Below, piece by piece: positions 50,680-61,083 of a DNA stretch of 64,000 nucleotides (positions are counted from its first letter, which is position 1; each line of letters begins with the position of its first letter). A program made the position numbers and the translations under genes. Source of the stretch: Eledone cirrhosa. Lineage: Eukaryota. The DNA lies in assembly GCA_964016885.1 (NCBI GenBank), contig OZ024742.1:364002001-364066000 (forward strand), written 5' to 3'. The notes beneath the pieces are model-generated. The model was not told where the DNA came from. It saw only the letters and a program-made list of their open reading frames with translations, and made no database searches.

Positions 50680-51293
50680 GGTGGCTGCCAACTCGTTTTC
50701 GAGTACGGCCACTACTTTTATCCATGCAGGAGAACCACTACCCATGTGGTGAACAAGTGTGACATTTTAGTCCAGCCAGCGATTTGAAAACTCTGGTACA
50801 AACACTACACTTGTGACAATTATTGACACATAGTGCTGGGCCCATGGTACCATCTGACGACAAGTGCATAGAGATCAGAAATCAACAAATATAAAGCAAT
50901 GCCTGTGCCGTGAAGCTTTTATAGTGAGCAAAGGCATTGCACAAAGCCAGTCCCACTCTCTTAACCAAGATGATATTTACCAAAAAGAAGAACAAATCAA
51001 CATCATTGGATACCATCAGAGTTGCAGATGTTATATCAGAGTTTTCCTTCTCCTAGAAATCTGCCTTGACAAAGGCTAAGGGGTCATCTCTCCCGGTGCT
51101 TTTGGATGGCCATTGACTCTTAAAAGCTCCTTTGCCCCTTGACAGGTTTTGTTATTAGTCCTGCAGGATGTCCAAAGTCACTCTCCTCACCAAGAAACCT
51201 TGGTGGGGTTGCCAGTTTAGTCGCCAACGATCCGACCATGGGACAGGTTGTACTGTGATACATGTTACCAGTAGCACCAACTGGTGACCTGGC
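50680..51293 (-). mobile_element. Relic of an RTE-like retrotransposon 5' region between (TA)n tracts
   Basis: The minus strand has 'ggcgactaaactggcaacccc' and 'tctaggagaaggaaaactctga', motifs I recall from RTE-clade 5' UTRs. No intact ORF follows. Confidence 0.5.
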
Positions 51294-51337
51294 ATATATA
51301 TATATACATGCGTATCTACATACATACACACACTCAC

Positions 51338-51479
<142 letters not shown>

Positions 51480-51744
51480 TTATGTTTAGTGGTTTATCAC
51501 TGGATAGAACTGGTCATTCCGTTTTGTTATCCAAGATGTAGAAGTTGGTGAAGCACTCTATGTCCGCAACTCACCCCTCGTTGGTATTGAATCCAAGAAT
51601 ATGGTGAAGGAATGTGATGGTCTGTCACACCAATAATACACAGGTCGCAGCCCTTCTCTGAATCAAATAATTTTCTATATTTTTACTATACTTTCTCTGT
51701 TTCTGTTTGCTGTAATTTCTTTGTTGATTAACTAATTATACAAT

Positions 51745-51803
51745 CTCCACCTGATGATATCACCAGGATCTTACGTAAGCAGGTCATTGAAATATATACT
51801 GAG
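51745..51803 (+). ncRNA. Degenerate type I hammerhead motif in a PLE-like fragment (~51477-51865)
   Basis: CTGATGA at 51751, ~31-nt stem II, GAAA-TATATA-C. Stem I is weak. Confidence 0.5.
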
Positions 51804-51863
51804 TTTTGCAACAAAAACACTTTAAAGAAACGTCACCAGCCCGGACTCATTTTAATCAAACCA

Positions 51864-52014
<151 letters not shown>

Positions 52015-52077
52015 TTGCGTGTCTGAATGTTTGAATTAACGGTGTTCTATACATGCATACTTTCCTGTTCGTTTCCC

Positions 52078-52108
<31 letters not shown>

Positions 52109-52350
52109 TCTTACAGCAAGAGCAACCTTTGTGCTGCTGTCATTTCCTATTTAGATGTGGGCTATCAGTAACATTACGAAATATTTTGTGAAATAGATAC
52201 CGACAAAAACGCAACAAATTAATACATGATCTCCAGCTTTGAAGATCTAAAAACAAATTTCAAACACATTTTTTCAACGATTCCTCTCAACTTTTGTTCA
52301 TTGATTTTTACTGTGTATATGTACATCAATACGTTTAGATTCTAGTATGG

Positions 52351-52845
52351 ATGCGCGTGACCTTGTGGTAAGGGTGTTGGACTTCCGATCACAGTGTGGT
52401 GGGTTCAATTTTTCCAGTATACACAGCTGTTAATGAGTACCAGAAGTATCTATGGGGGTTTAACACTGATGGACGGACCTCCTGTCTAAGGTGGAGTCTT
52501 GTACTGTCACTTATTTCACGCCACGGGATAAGCACCAGCCTGATCTGCCTCTGGGTTTAAGACAGACGAGACCTGTCTTAGTAGTTAGGGTGACTGATTG
52601 ATGATCGCTTCTTTCATTTACAACAGCATGTTGTGTCATTGAGCAAGACACTTTACTTCACCTACCTGCGGTCGATTCACCTGGCAAAGATATCCAAAGC
52701 AAAACCTCCTAAGACATTGTGTCGTGTTAAATGTGTTTGAGAATTATATAAGGAGTGCTAAGCCACATGGACATTAGTTTTACAAGCAGCTTCTGCCATC
52801 ATTTGAACATCTAACTGAACAACTCACCGTCAGACATCAAACCCA
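52351..52845 (+). mobile_element. Two adjacent degenerate tRNA-SINEs
   Basis: 'gcgcgtgaccttgtggtaagggtgttggac..gggttcaatt' and 'ttagtagttaggg..gttgtgtcattgagcaagacactttacttcacc'. Confidence 0.5.
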
Positions 52846-54182
52846 ATATTTTACTGAAAAACTCGATAAATAATGATTATGTACATAATTATATATTTGT
52901 TGTTATTGTTGATAGTTATTGCTAGTTATGAATAGACGTCAGCGATGACATTAACATTACATCATTCATTTCTAGACAAGACATAATGTATACGTTAGGT
53001 TTGCTTTGGGGCAACTAAATTTGTCATAAGTTCATGTATTATTTAAAAGGCCACAGTCAACATAATGAGATAAGCATCAAGAAACATTATTCTAGAGTGT
53101 TACCTGTGATATTATATGGAGATTTACAGGTATTTATTAAGGAAAATGCATATAAATCTATGCAAAAATTGATACAGGTATATAGTTAAAACATTTCATT
53201 ATGATACTGATGATCACACACTACACATATAGTATTAAAGAGAGAAAAGAATAATTTTGATAAAGAATATGTATGGTCATATATAATTTGCAAGAAAGGT
53301 TGAAAATATTACATGGTATAGATGCTATAAATGTGCGTTAAGTGTGCATTTGTGGTCACTTCAGTGTTAACTTCTTTCGTTCATTAGTGGCCTGCCACGT
53401 CACTCACTAGGAAAAGTATACCTTCATCCCATATAGTAGTTCTCTCTCTCCCCTCTCTCTTTTCACCTTCACAATATATTCTTAAGCCTGACATCTCACA
53501 AACCAACCAATAAATCAGAAAATATATGTTAGAGATTGTTCATATAAAACAATAACGACCCGCAGCTCCACACTAAAGTAAAGCCTGTACACAATTGTTC
53601 TCAACTTCCACAATCAGTGATGGACGTTTAAATCAGTTCTGTATCACGTCCCCTTTGTTCGAACTACATTTTGACAACGTCATATATCTCCGGCTTACAC
53701 TATTGGATAGTTTTCCAGTTTGTTTAAAGGACATACTGAGAGTCTCCAACAAAATCGCTCATAATGTCGCGATAGTTTCCGCTCCATCGAACTGCGCGGG
53801 AAGTTTCTTCAGTGGAATCAGACAAATAAAAATATAACTCATCCAAACAGTAAGAAAAATGAGACGAAATAGAATATGGTATGAAACATGGCACGAAGCA
53901 CCTCCAAATAGTTGATAATATTCAGGAGATAAAGCCAGTTGAGAAATTGTTATGTCATGCTGTGTGATGGTGCAGACCGAGAATGATAAAAATGGCTATT
54001 AGAGAATGGGATTTATGAATTTATGTGTAAAGGTTCGGGATATGAAGACTTCTGTCTCCTTTAGACCCACATGTCATCAGGCACACGCCCCAGTATAAAC
54101 ACACGTACACACACACTCATCCGAATACATATATATATATATAATACATACATACTCACACACACACATATATATATATATA

Positions 54183-54319
54183 TAGAAGTAGTAAAACAAC
54201 AGTTAGTTCACCATATCGAGAACAATTGCTTCACCTTATGCGGATCTTCAGCTCGGACAGATCCGCTAAGGTAAAACAATCCTCGGTATGGTGAACTAAC
54301 TGTTGTGTCACCACTTCTA
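54183..54319. repeat. Inverted repeat containing a minus-strand hammerhead variant (54217-54255)
   Basis: Arms AACAGTTAGTTCACCATA../..TATGGTGAACTAACTGTT. Minus strand reads CGAG-CTGAAGA-tccgcataaggt-GAAG-CAATTG-TT-CTCG. Abuts (TA)n. Confidence 0.7.
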
Positions 54320-54416
54320 CCAAACTCGTCCCATGGACTGAGTGCTCTACTACTACGGATATTACCTTCCACTGTTCTACCCCCCTCTCTCTCTCACACT
54401 CTCTCTCTCTCTCTCT

Positions 54417-54522
<106 letters not shown>

Positions 54523-54909
54523 TAAGTCTCCAGCTTACGAATATCTTACTTCAGAAAGTCCCCAGATACGAGCAGTCTGACCAAGAAAAAATTGTAAACT
54601 AGACAAGATGTAAATCAGCCTGGACATCAACTATGTGAATATCTACAAGAGATTGAAATAATCTTTCTACTGAAAAATTGAAACATTGTAAGATAACATA
54701 AAGTGGAATGGATGTGATTGACAGGTAGAATTAGAGCAACACTTCATTGTCATACACAGATTCAGAAACAGTTTTTAATGAATTGTATTGTCTTGCATGG
54801 AAATCACATTTGTCATAATCCCCATTAATTCAAATCTATTCAAATTGTGTTTTGCATCACGTCTCTCCCTCTCTATGTCTGTCTATTTGTCGGTCCCTGT
54901 CTCTCTCTT

Positions 54910-54973
<64 letters not shown>

Positions 54974-55021
54974 TCTCTCTCTCTCTCTCGCTCTCTCTCT
55001 CTCTCTCACTTTCTATATAAA

Positions 55022-55107
<86 letters not shown>

Positions 55108-55141
55108 TGTGGGTGTATGTCTGTGTGTGGGTTTGTGTGAG

Positions 55142-55174
<33 letters not shown>

Positions 55175-55235
55175 TTCGTTTCTGAATTTGTTTAGCAAGA
55201 TTCTTTATCTGAAAACGTGTGTTGAAACCGATATT

Positions 55236-55810
55236 GTTATGCTTTGGGAGGGTTATGTTGCCAATAAGAAATACACAATAAAATAAAAATAGAATCTACA
55301 CACAGAAAAGACGCAATGTTTAGACAAATCACAGAGGCAATAAACATAAATGAACTCCAACCAAAATTAAATAGAAAATATGAATGGAATAGTAACATCA
55401 CAACTTACAATTAAGGACAAAATGAAAACACACACACACATATAACAAACAACCAACCAGTAACATGTAAATAAACAAATAAATAAACAAATATAAACAC
55501 ACACAGACACCCGGATGTAACACATGCGCAAACTAAGCACACAGCCACACAAAAACAAGATGGCGTAGGACAGAACAAAGGAGAGGCACAAACAACAAAG
55601 AAAAGAAAAGAATCCCCAGTCACTGAAGAGGTCACAGAATGTGTGACGAAAGAACTTTGACAATATAGGAACAAGCGACTGGTTGTGGAACCAACCAACC
55701 AACTGGAAATTTATAAATTCCTAAATTTATAAATTTAATTTATAATAAATTGAGGTGAAACAACTGGTGCGTGTGTTTCTTATTGGCAACATGACCCTCC
55801 CAAAGCATAA

Positions 55811-55811
<1 letters not shown>
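55236..55811 (+). mobile_element. 576-bp non-coding mini-element with 41-bp inverted ends and an internal hammerhead (55619-55661)
   Basis: 55236-55276 is inverted at 55771-55811 (2 mismatches). Internal GTCA-CTGAAGA-gGTCACA-gaatg-TGTGAC-GAAA-gaac-TT-TGAC. Right end at (TA)n. Confidence 0.7.
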
Positions 55812-55874
<63 letters not shown>

Positions 55875-55930
55875 CAAATAATAAGAACAATGAGATAAAA
55901 ACAAAGAACAAGTTCCTTATATAAAAAAAT

Positions 55931-56069
55931 TCATCATTTTACGATCGTTTCTGGGATGTATGTGTGTGTTGGTATGTATATCATATTTAAGATCTATGTA
56001 AAAATATTACAAATTATCAGAGGAAATATGCATACCTTCACATATACATGCCGTCCTCAGAAATGATGA
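55931..56069 (-). ncRNA. Type I hammerhead with ~100-nt stem II
   Basis: 9-bp stem I TCATCATTT/AAATGATGA, CTGAGGA, 102-nt insert closed by ATGTAT/ATACAT pairing, GAAA-CGATCG-TA. Confidence 0.75.
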
Positions 56070-56839
56070 GATGTGTTTATTGTAAAAAACAAAGAACTGA
56101 TATAAAGAGTCTGTTTGGGAACAGGCTTTCAATTGACCAATAGAAATGAGTTAGAGATCAAGTTGATAGAATAAGAGTAGTAGAAATTAATTCTAGGAGT
56201 GGAGGAGTGCAGATTTATGCATTGCATGAAAATAATAATATAGGGAGGAGAAATATGGGGGTTAAAATGAGGTCAAGTAAAGAAGATAATGAAGTGTACA
56301 CGAAAATTTGATGTTATTAAAGAATGTTGTTAAAAACGAAGGAAAACAAATTTTGGGATAAAGGTATTAGTGAGAAATATCAATCTTATTTAATCTACAA
56401 GGAATCTAGATACATTATAGGAAATTAAATAAATTGATAGGTATACTTACAGGGATAAAATTATATTAATTGATAGGAATGTGATAAATAAAGAAGTAAA
56501 AAATTAAAGCAATAAAAAAATATATATGTGGAACAACTGAGATAAAGAAAAATGTTTATAAAGAGTCTTGTATCTATACAGACATTGATGATATTAAAGA
56601 TATTAGTTATAATTAATAATCATAGGTATTAAATGTGAAAAATAGGGGATGCGATTAAATGAAGTAGTGAAGTTAAAAATAATTTTAGGAAAAGAGAGCT
56701 GTAAGAGGGAAATAAAATTATGAAATTCTCTGAATTAAAATACTAATTATAGGTTAATTAAATAAAAAAAATCAATTATAATAATTGTAAAATATAAGAG
56801 TAAGGTATATATTAATTAAGTTTATAATATTTGAAGGTT

Positions 56840-57352
56840 TTATCTAATTCTATGATTGCAAGATATAATTAAATCCTGTCGCTTATTTAATAGGATATCC
56901 TTAGATTTCATGATCTCAAAAAGTTCTTGGGAGCATAACCTACACTCGTATCTGCTATTTTGATGAGGGGTGGCCCTTTTAAGCACGCTCCAGGTCAGGT
57001 TATAATCAATGTGCTTCTTTATATAATTATTAATTGCTTCGGCCAAGGATGTTGTATTAGCTAATGCGGCATTTTAAAAACTATGTTTGTGGGTATAAAA
57101 TCTTACATTAAATTGGTTAGACCTAGCTCCTATATATGAATAAGTGGAGTCCTTAGTGCTAATTTTACATTTATAGACTATGTTATTAATAAGACAATTT
57201 CCCTTTAATGGGCAATTTCTTTTGATTCTACAGTTACAACCATTCGTAAATATTATATCAGGGGAGTTAGTCAAAATTGGTGTCGAGTTTACAGGACTTG
57301 TTATAGGTGAAGGAGATGGTGGTTTGTTATTGTTTATTTTAGTATTATTATG
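56840..57352 (-). pseudogene. PLE GIY-YIG endonuclease domain with one in-frame stop
   Basis: CNCR...CPLKGNC..NIVYKC..YIG..RF..H..SF*...W..L....CRLC..E....LLNKR..L..CNH. Confidence 0.85.
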
Positions 57353-58910
57353 GGGCTAAGCTGAACCGGGACAAGTCGATCGGTTTGCAACTCGGCACGT
57401 GGAGGGGCAGACCGATGCCCTCCGATGGCGTCGTCGGACGCTGGACGGAGGGCCCGGTGAAGTTGCTCGGGGTCTGGTTCGGACCGGACCTCCAGGTGGA
57501 GAAAAACTGGGCGGAGGTTACGAACAGGGTGTTTTCACTGACCCAGAAGTGGGCCAGTTGCAAACTATCCCTGAAAGTTCGGGCGGAGGTGGCGAACACC
57601 TACATAGCGTCCGTCATCTACTACCGCCTGACCGTAGTGCCCTGCCCAAGGGAAACCCTCACCAAGATGGAGCGCGCGCTCTTCCAATTCCTTTGGAAGA
57701 GGCGGGCTCCTATGGTGAGGAGATCCATCTGCTGTCAACACCCTTCGAAAGGAGGGCTGGGGATGCCGTGGCTAATGATGCGTAAACACGCATTAAGGCT
57801 ACGGCACCTCTACGTATTCCTCACCGGACAACCGGTGTGGGCCTCGTTTGTGAGACGAACCTTTCCCAGACTCGTCTCACTCACCGAGCTGCAATCCTGG
57901 GTCAAGCAAAGACCGAGAAAACTGGGCGCCTGGCACACTGAGTGTGCCCAGGCGCTCACCGCCCTCTGGCAGGCGGATCCGGTTATCAGTGGAGACTCCA
58001 CCGCAACATTCTATAGAGGGCTGGTACGTAGCAGGTGCGACGACGCCCTCGGAGAAGCCCTAGACATGGAGGAGGACGAACTGGCCAGCCTGTTCGGTAG
58101 GACATTCAGCCCGGGACCTATGGACAACTTCCAGAAGTCCCTGGCCTGGCAGTGCTACCGAGGGGCTTTACCCGTTCGAGAAAGGCTCTACAGACACGGG
58201 CGCCCGGGTAGGGACCCCGCCAAAAAGATCTGTCCCAAATGCGTGTGCGACGAGGAAACCGTTGCACACGCATGGGTACACTGCTCGGGCGTAGCCGATC
58301 TGTGGGGCTATGTCGAACAACTGCTGTCAAGGGTGGGACCGATCCGGTTGACCACCGAGTCTATTGTAATGATCAAGCCGCCTCCCCCCTTCAAAGATGA
58401 AGCAGAGGCGGTGTTTCTGTGCGTAATAGCCATGGCGAAAGAGGTTGTATGGTGGACGCGTCTGAAAGGACTGAGGTCAGGCACCTTTCTCTCTGGCCAA
58501 CAACTGGTCCGTTTCTTCCGAGATCATTTCGGAAGAAGGATCAGGATGGAAAGAGAGGTGCTGCACCCCAGCCGTTTCTATGAAAGATGGGTGAAAGTGG
58601 CGAGAATGGCCCGTGTGAATGGGCCTTCACTCTACATCAGACTATAGCTGAGGAAGATGAAAGACCAAGGGAGCACCCCTTCTCTGTGCTCCCGAGGAGA
58701 AGGGTTGCACACTTTTTTCGGGGGTGTGTGCGACCCCCCAAGGCGCCTCCTCTCTATTGAGGATTTTGTTATAAATTTTATTTTTTGTTATATCTTATTT
58801 TATTTTTATATTTTGTTATTGCCTCCTCCTTATTGAGGACGCCTTTTTGTGTAAACTCTCCCCTTTGTACTTGTCCCACTTTTGATGCCCTAGTGGCAAA
58901 TAAAAGAAAC
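57350..58910 (+). mobile_element. Tx1-clade LINE copy E (5'-truncated; open ORF2 C-terminal 420 aa, 57385-58647)
   Basis: Homologous to C/D, with CPKC..ETVAHAWVHC. 3' end AATAAAAGAAAC is followed by a near-perfect (ATCT)n at 58911-58970. Confidence 0.92.
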
Positions 58911-58911
58911 A

Positions 58912-58970
<59 letters not shown>

Positions 58971-59005
58971 ATATATCTATATATCTATATATATCTATAT
59001 ATCTA

Positions 59006-59074
<69 letters not shown>

Positions 59075-59192
59075 AATTATATGAGTTGATAATACAAAAA
59101 CATAAAGCATTCATATATTTAAACCTCTGATATGATTGTATATATATAGGGAGAAACAAAGCAGGCTTTGTTCAGAAACAGCTAGTGAATTT

Positions 59193-59480
59193 GAAAATGA
59201 GGTAGTAACATGTGCTTACGCCGTATTTGACTAAATAGAATTAGTCTGTTAGTTGGGATTTTAAAAAGCCCACTGAATGTAGAAAAGGATGAGTATTGAC
59301 GTACATGGGAGACGAACCTACATCTTTGGTTTTCCGGATCAATGTGTCACATGTAATGGTGACACATTGATCCGGCAAACCAAAGATGTGGGTTCGTGTG
59401 CCTTTTATCTAAAATTCCAACTAACAGACTAATTCTATTTAGTCAAATACGGCGTAAGCACATGTTACTACCTAATTTTC
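59193..59480. repeat. ~290-bp fold-back (two nested inverted arms)
   Basis: Outer arm GGTAGTAACATGTGCTTACGCCGTATTTGACTAAATAGAATTAGTCTGTTAGTTGG is mirrored at ~59417-59473. Inner arm ACGAACC..CCGGATCAATGTGTCAC is mirrored after the 8-nt loop at 59351-59358. Confidence 0.85.
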
Positions 59481-60047
59481 TGATATGATTGTACACATAC
59501 ATACATGTGTATATATATATGTGTGTATATATGTATGTATATATATATGTATATATATATATATATATATGTATATGTATCTCTATTTGTATGTGTATAT
59601 GTGTATATGTATATACCTTTTTCTTTGTATGTCTGAGTTGTGTGAGAGTGTAGTGGTGTTTGTATGTATATACCGATATATGGATGCGTAAGTATTTGTA
59701 TATATGCGTATATGTAAGTGCGTATGTGTGTGTGAATATATATCTATGTCTATGTATGAGTATGTATGTGTGTGTATGTATGTGTGTATGTGTGTATGTA
59801 TGTATGTATGTCTGTATGTATATGTGTGTATATATATGTATGTATGTGTATGTCTGTATGTATATAAGTATGTATGTGTATGTATATGTGCGTGTATGTG
59901 TATATATATGTGTGTGTATATATGTGTGTGTGTATATATGTGTATATATATATGTGTATATATATATATATATGTATGTGTGTATATGTGTGTATGTATA
60001 TATATGTATATGTTTATATATGTGTGTGTGTGTGAGTTGTATGTGTA

Positions 60048-60097
<50 letters not shown>

Positions 60098-60703
60098 CTT
60101 GATATATTTCTTTTTTCTTTTTTCTTTTTCTTTTCTTTTCTTTTTATTTCTAAGTTTATAGATACATCTATAAATAAGCAGTCTGCCCAAACCGTTGAAT
60201 ACTGACCTCTCCCCCCCTCCCACCTAATTTCTGTATCTTGATCTAAATGTGTGTGGCAGTGTTTGTATGCGTGAATTAATATCCATGTGCTTATGATATT
60301 ATATCCACATATATATGTGTGTGGGGGTGTGTGTATGTATGTATGTTCGTAATTATGTGTATGTTTATGCATATACGCGCGCGTGTGTGTGAGTGTACGG
60401 ATATGTGTGAGTATGAGAATATGTGTATACACTTATTTCATATTTATGTGTCTATACGCATTTTATCTGTGGATTATAAACTTACAGAGACATTAGCCTT
60501 GAATTTTTGTATTTGCATACATCTTTTTGGCATGCGTATGCATGTTGAGCATATATCTTTGTATAAATATGTGTACGAGGTTAGTTACATGTATATACAC
60601 ACACCAAACTGCATAAAATTTTTTGTGTTTTCATTGGTCAATTTGAACTCCGTTCCCAAACGGACCTGAAATTTTGAATTGTTGTTATTATCAATAAATA
60701 TAT

Positions 60704-60858
60704 TTCATTATTTCTGAAGACGGCATATATGTGTGTTTGGTAGGTATATTTAATCTTGATAGTTTGTATAATTTTGTATAATTTTGTACATAGATCTGTT
60801 GAATATGCATGCCAATTCTAACACATATATATCCTAGAAACGATCGTTAAATAATGAA
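60704..60858 (+). ncRNA. Type I hammerhead with ~115-nt stem II (paralog of 55931-56069)
   Basis: 10-bp stem I TTCATTATTT/AAATAATGAA, CTGAAGA-CGGCAT, ATATATGTGT/ACACATATAT, GAAA-CGATCG-TT. Downstream sequence is homologous to 55871-55930(-). Confidence 0.75.
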
Positions 60859-61052
60859 CTTTTTTTGTTTAATATAAGGAACTGTTTCATTGTTTTATTC
60901 ATTATTTGTTTAATATTTTATCTTGACTCTGTATTCCGTTTATCTTTCACCGAAAGTGATTTTTCATTACATCTCTTCTTTCCATGATATCCGGAATACA
61001 TTGAGTTCTTCATACGGATTGGACACTACCGTAAACTCTTGGTAGATTTATC

Positions 61053-61083
<31 letters not shown>

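Larger units (their letters stand above)
55871..57352 (-). mobile_element. Penelope-like element 3' portion (GIY-YIG + AT-rich tail + hammerhead)
   Basis: Endonuclease remnant, then a tail ending at (TA)n 55813-55870. Its 5'-truncated end abuts Tx1 copy E. Confidence 0.85.
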
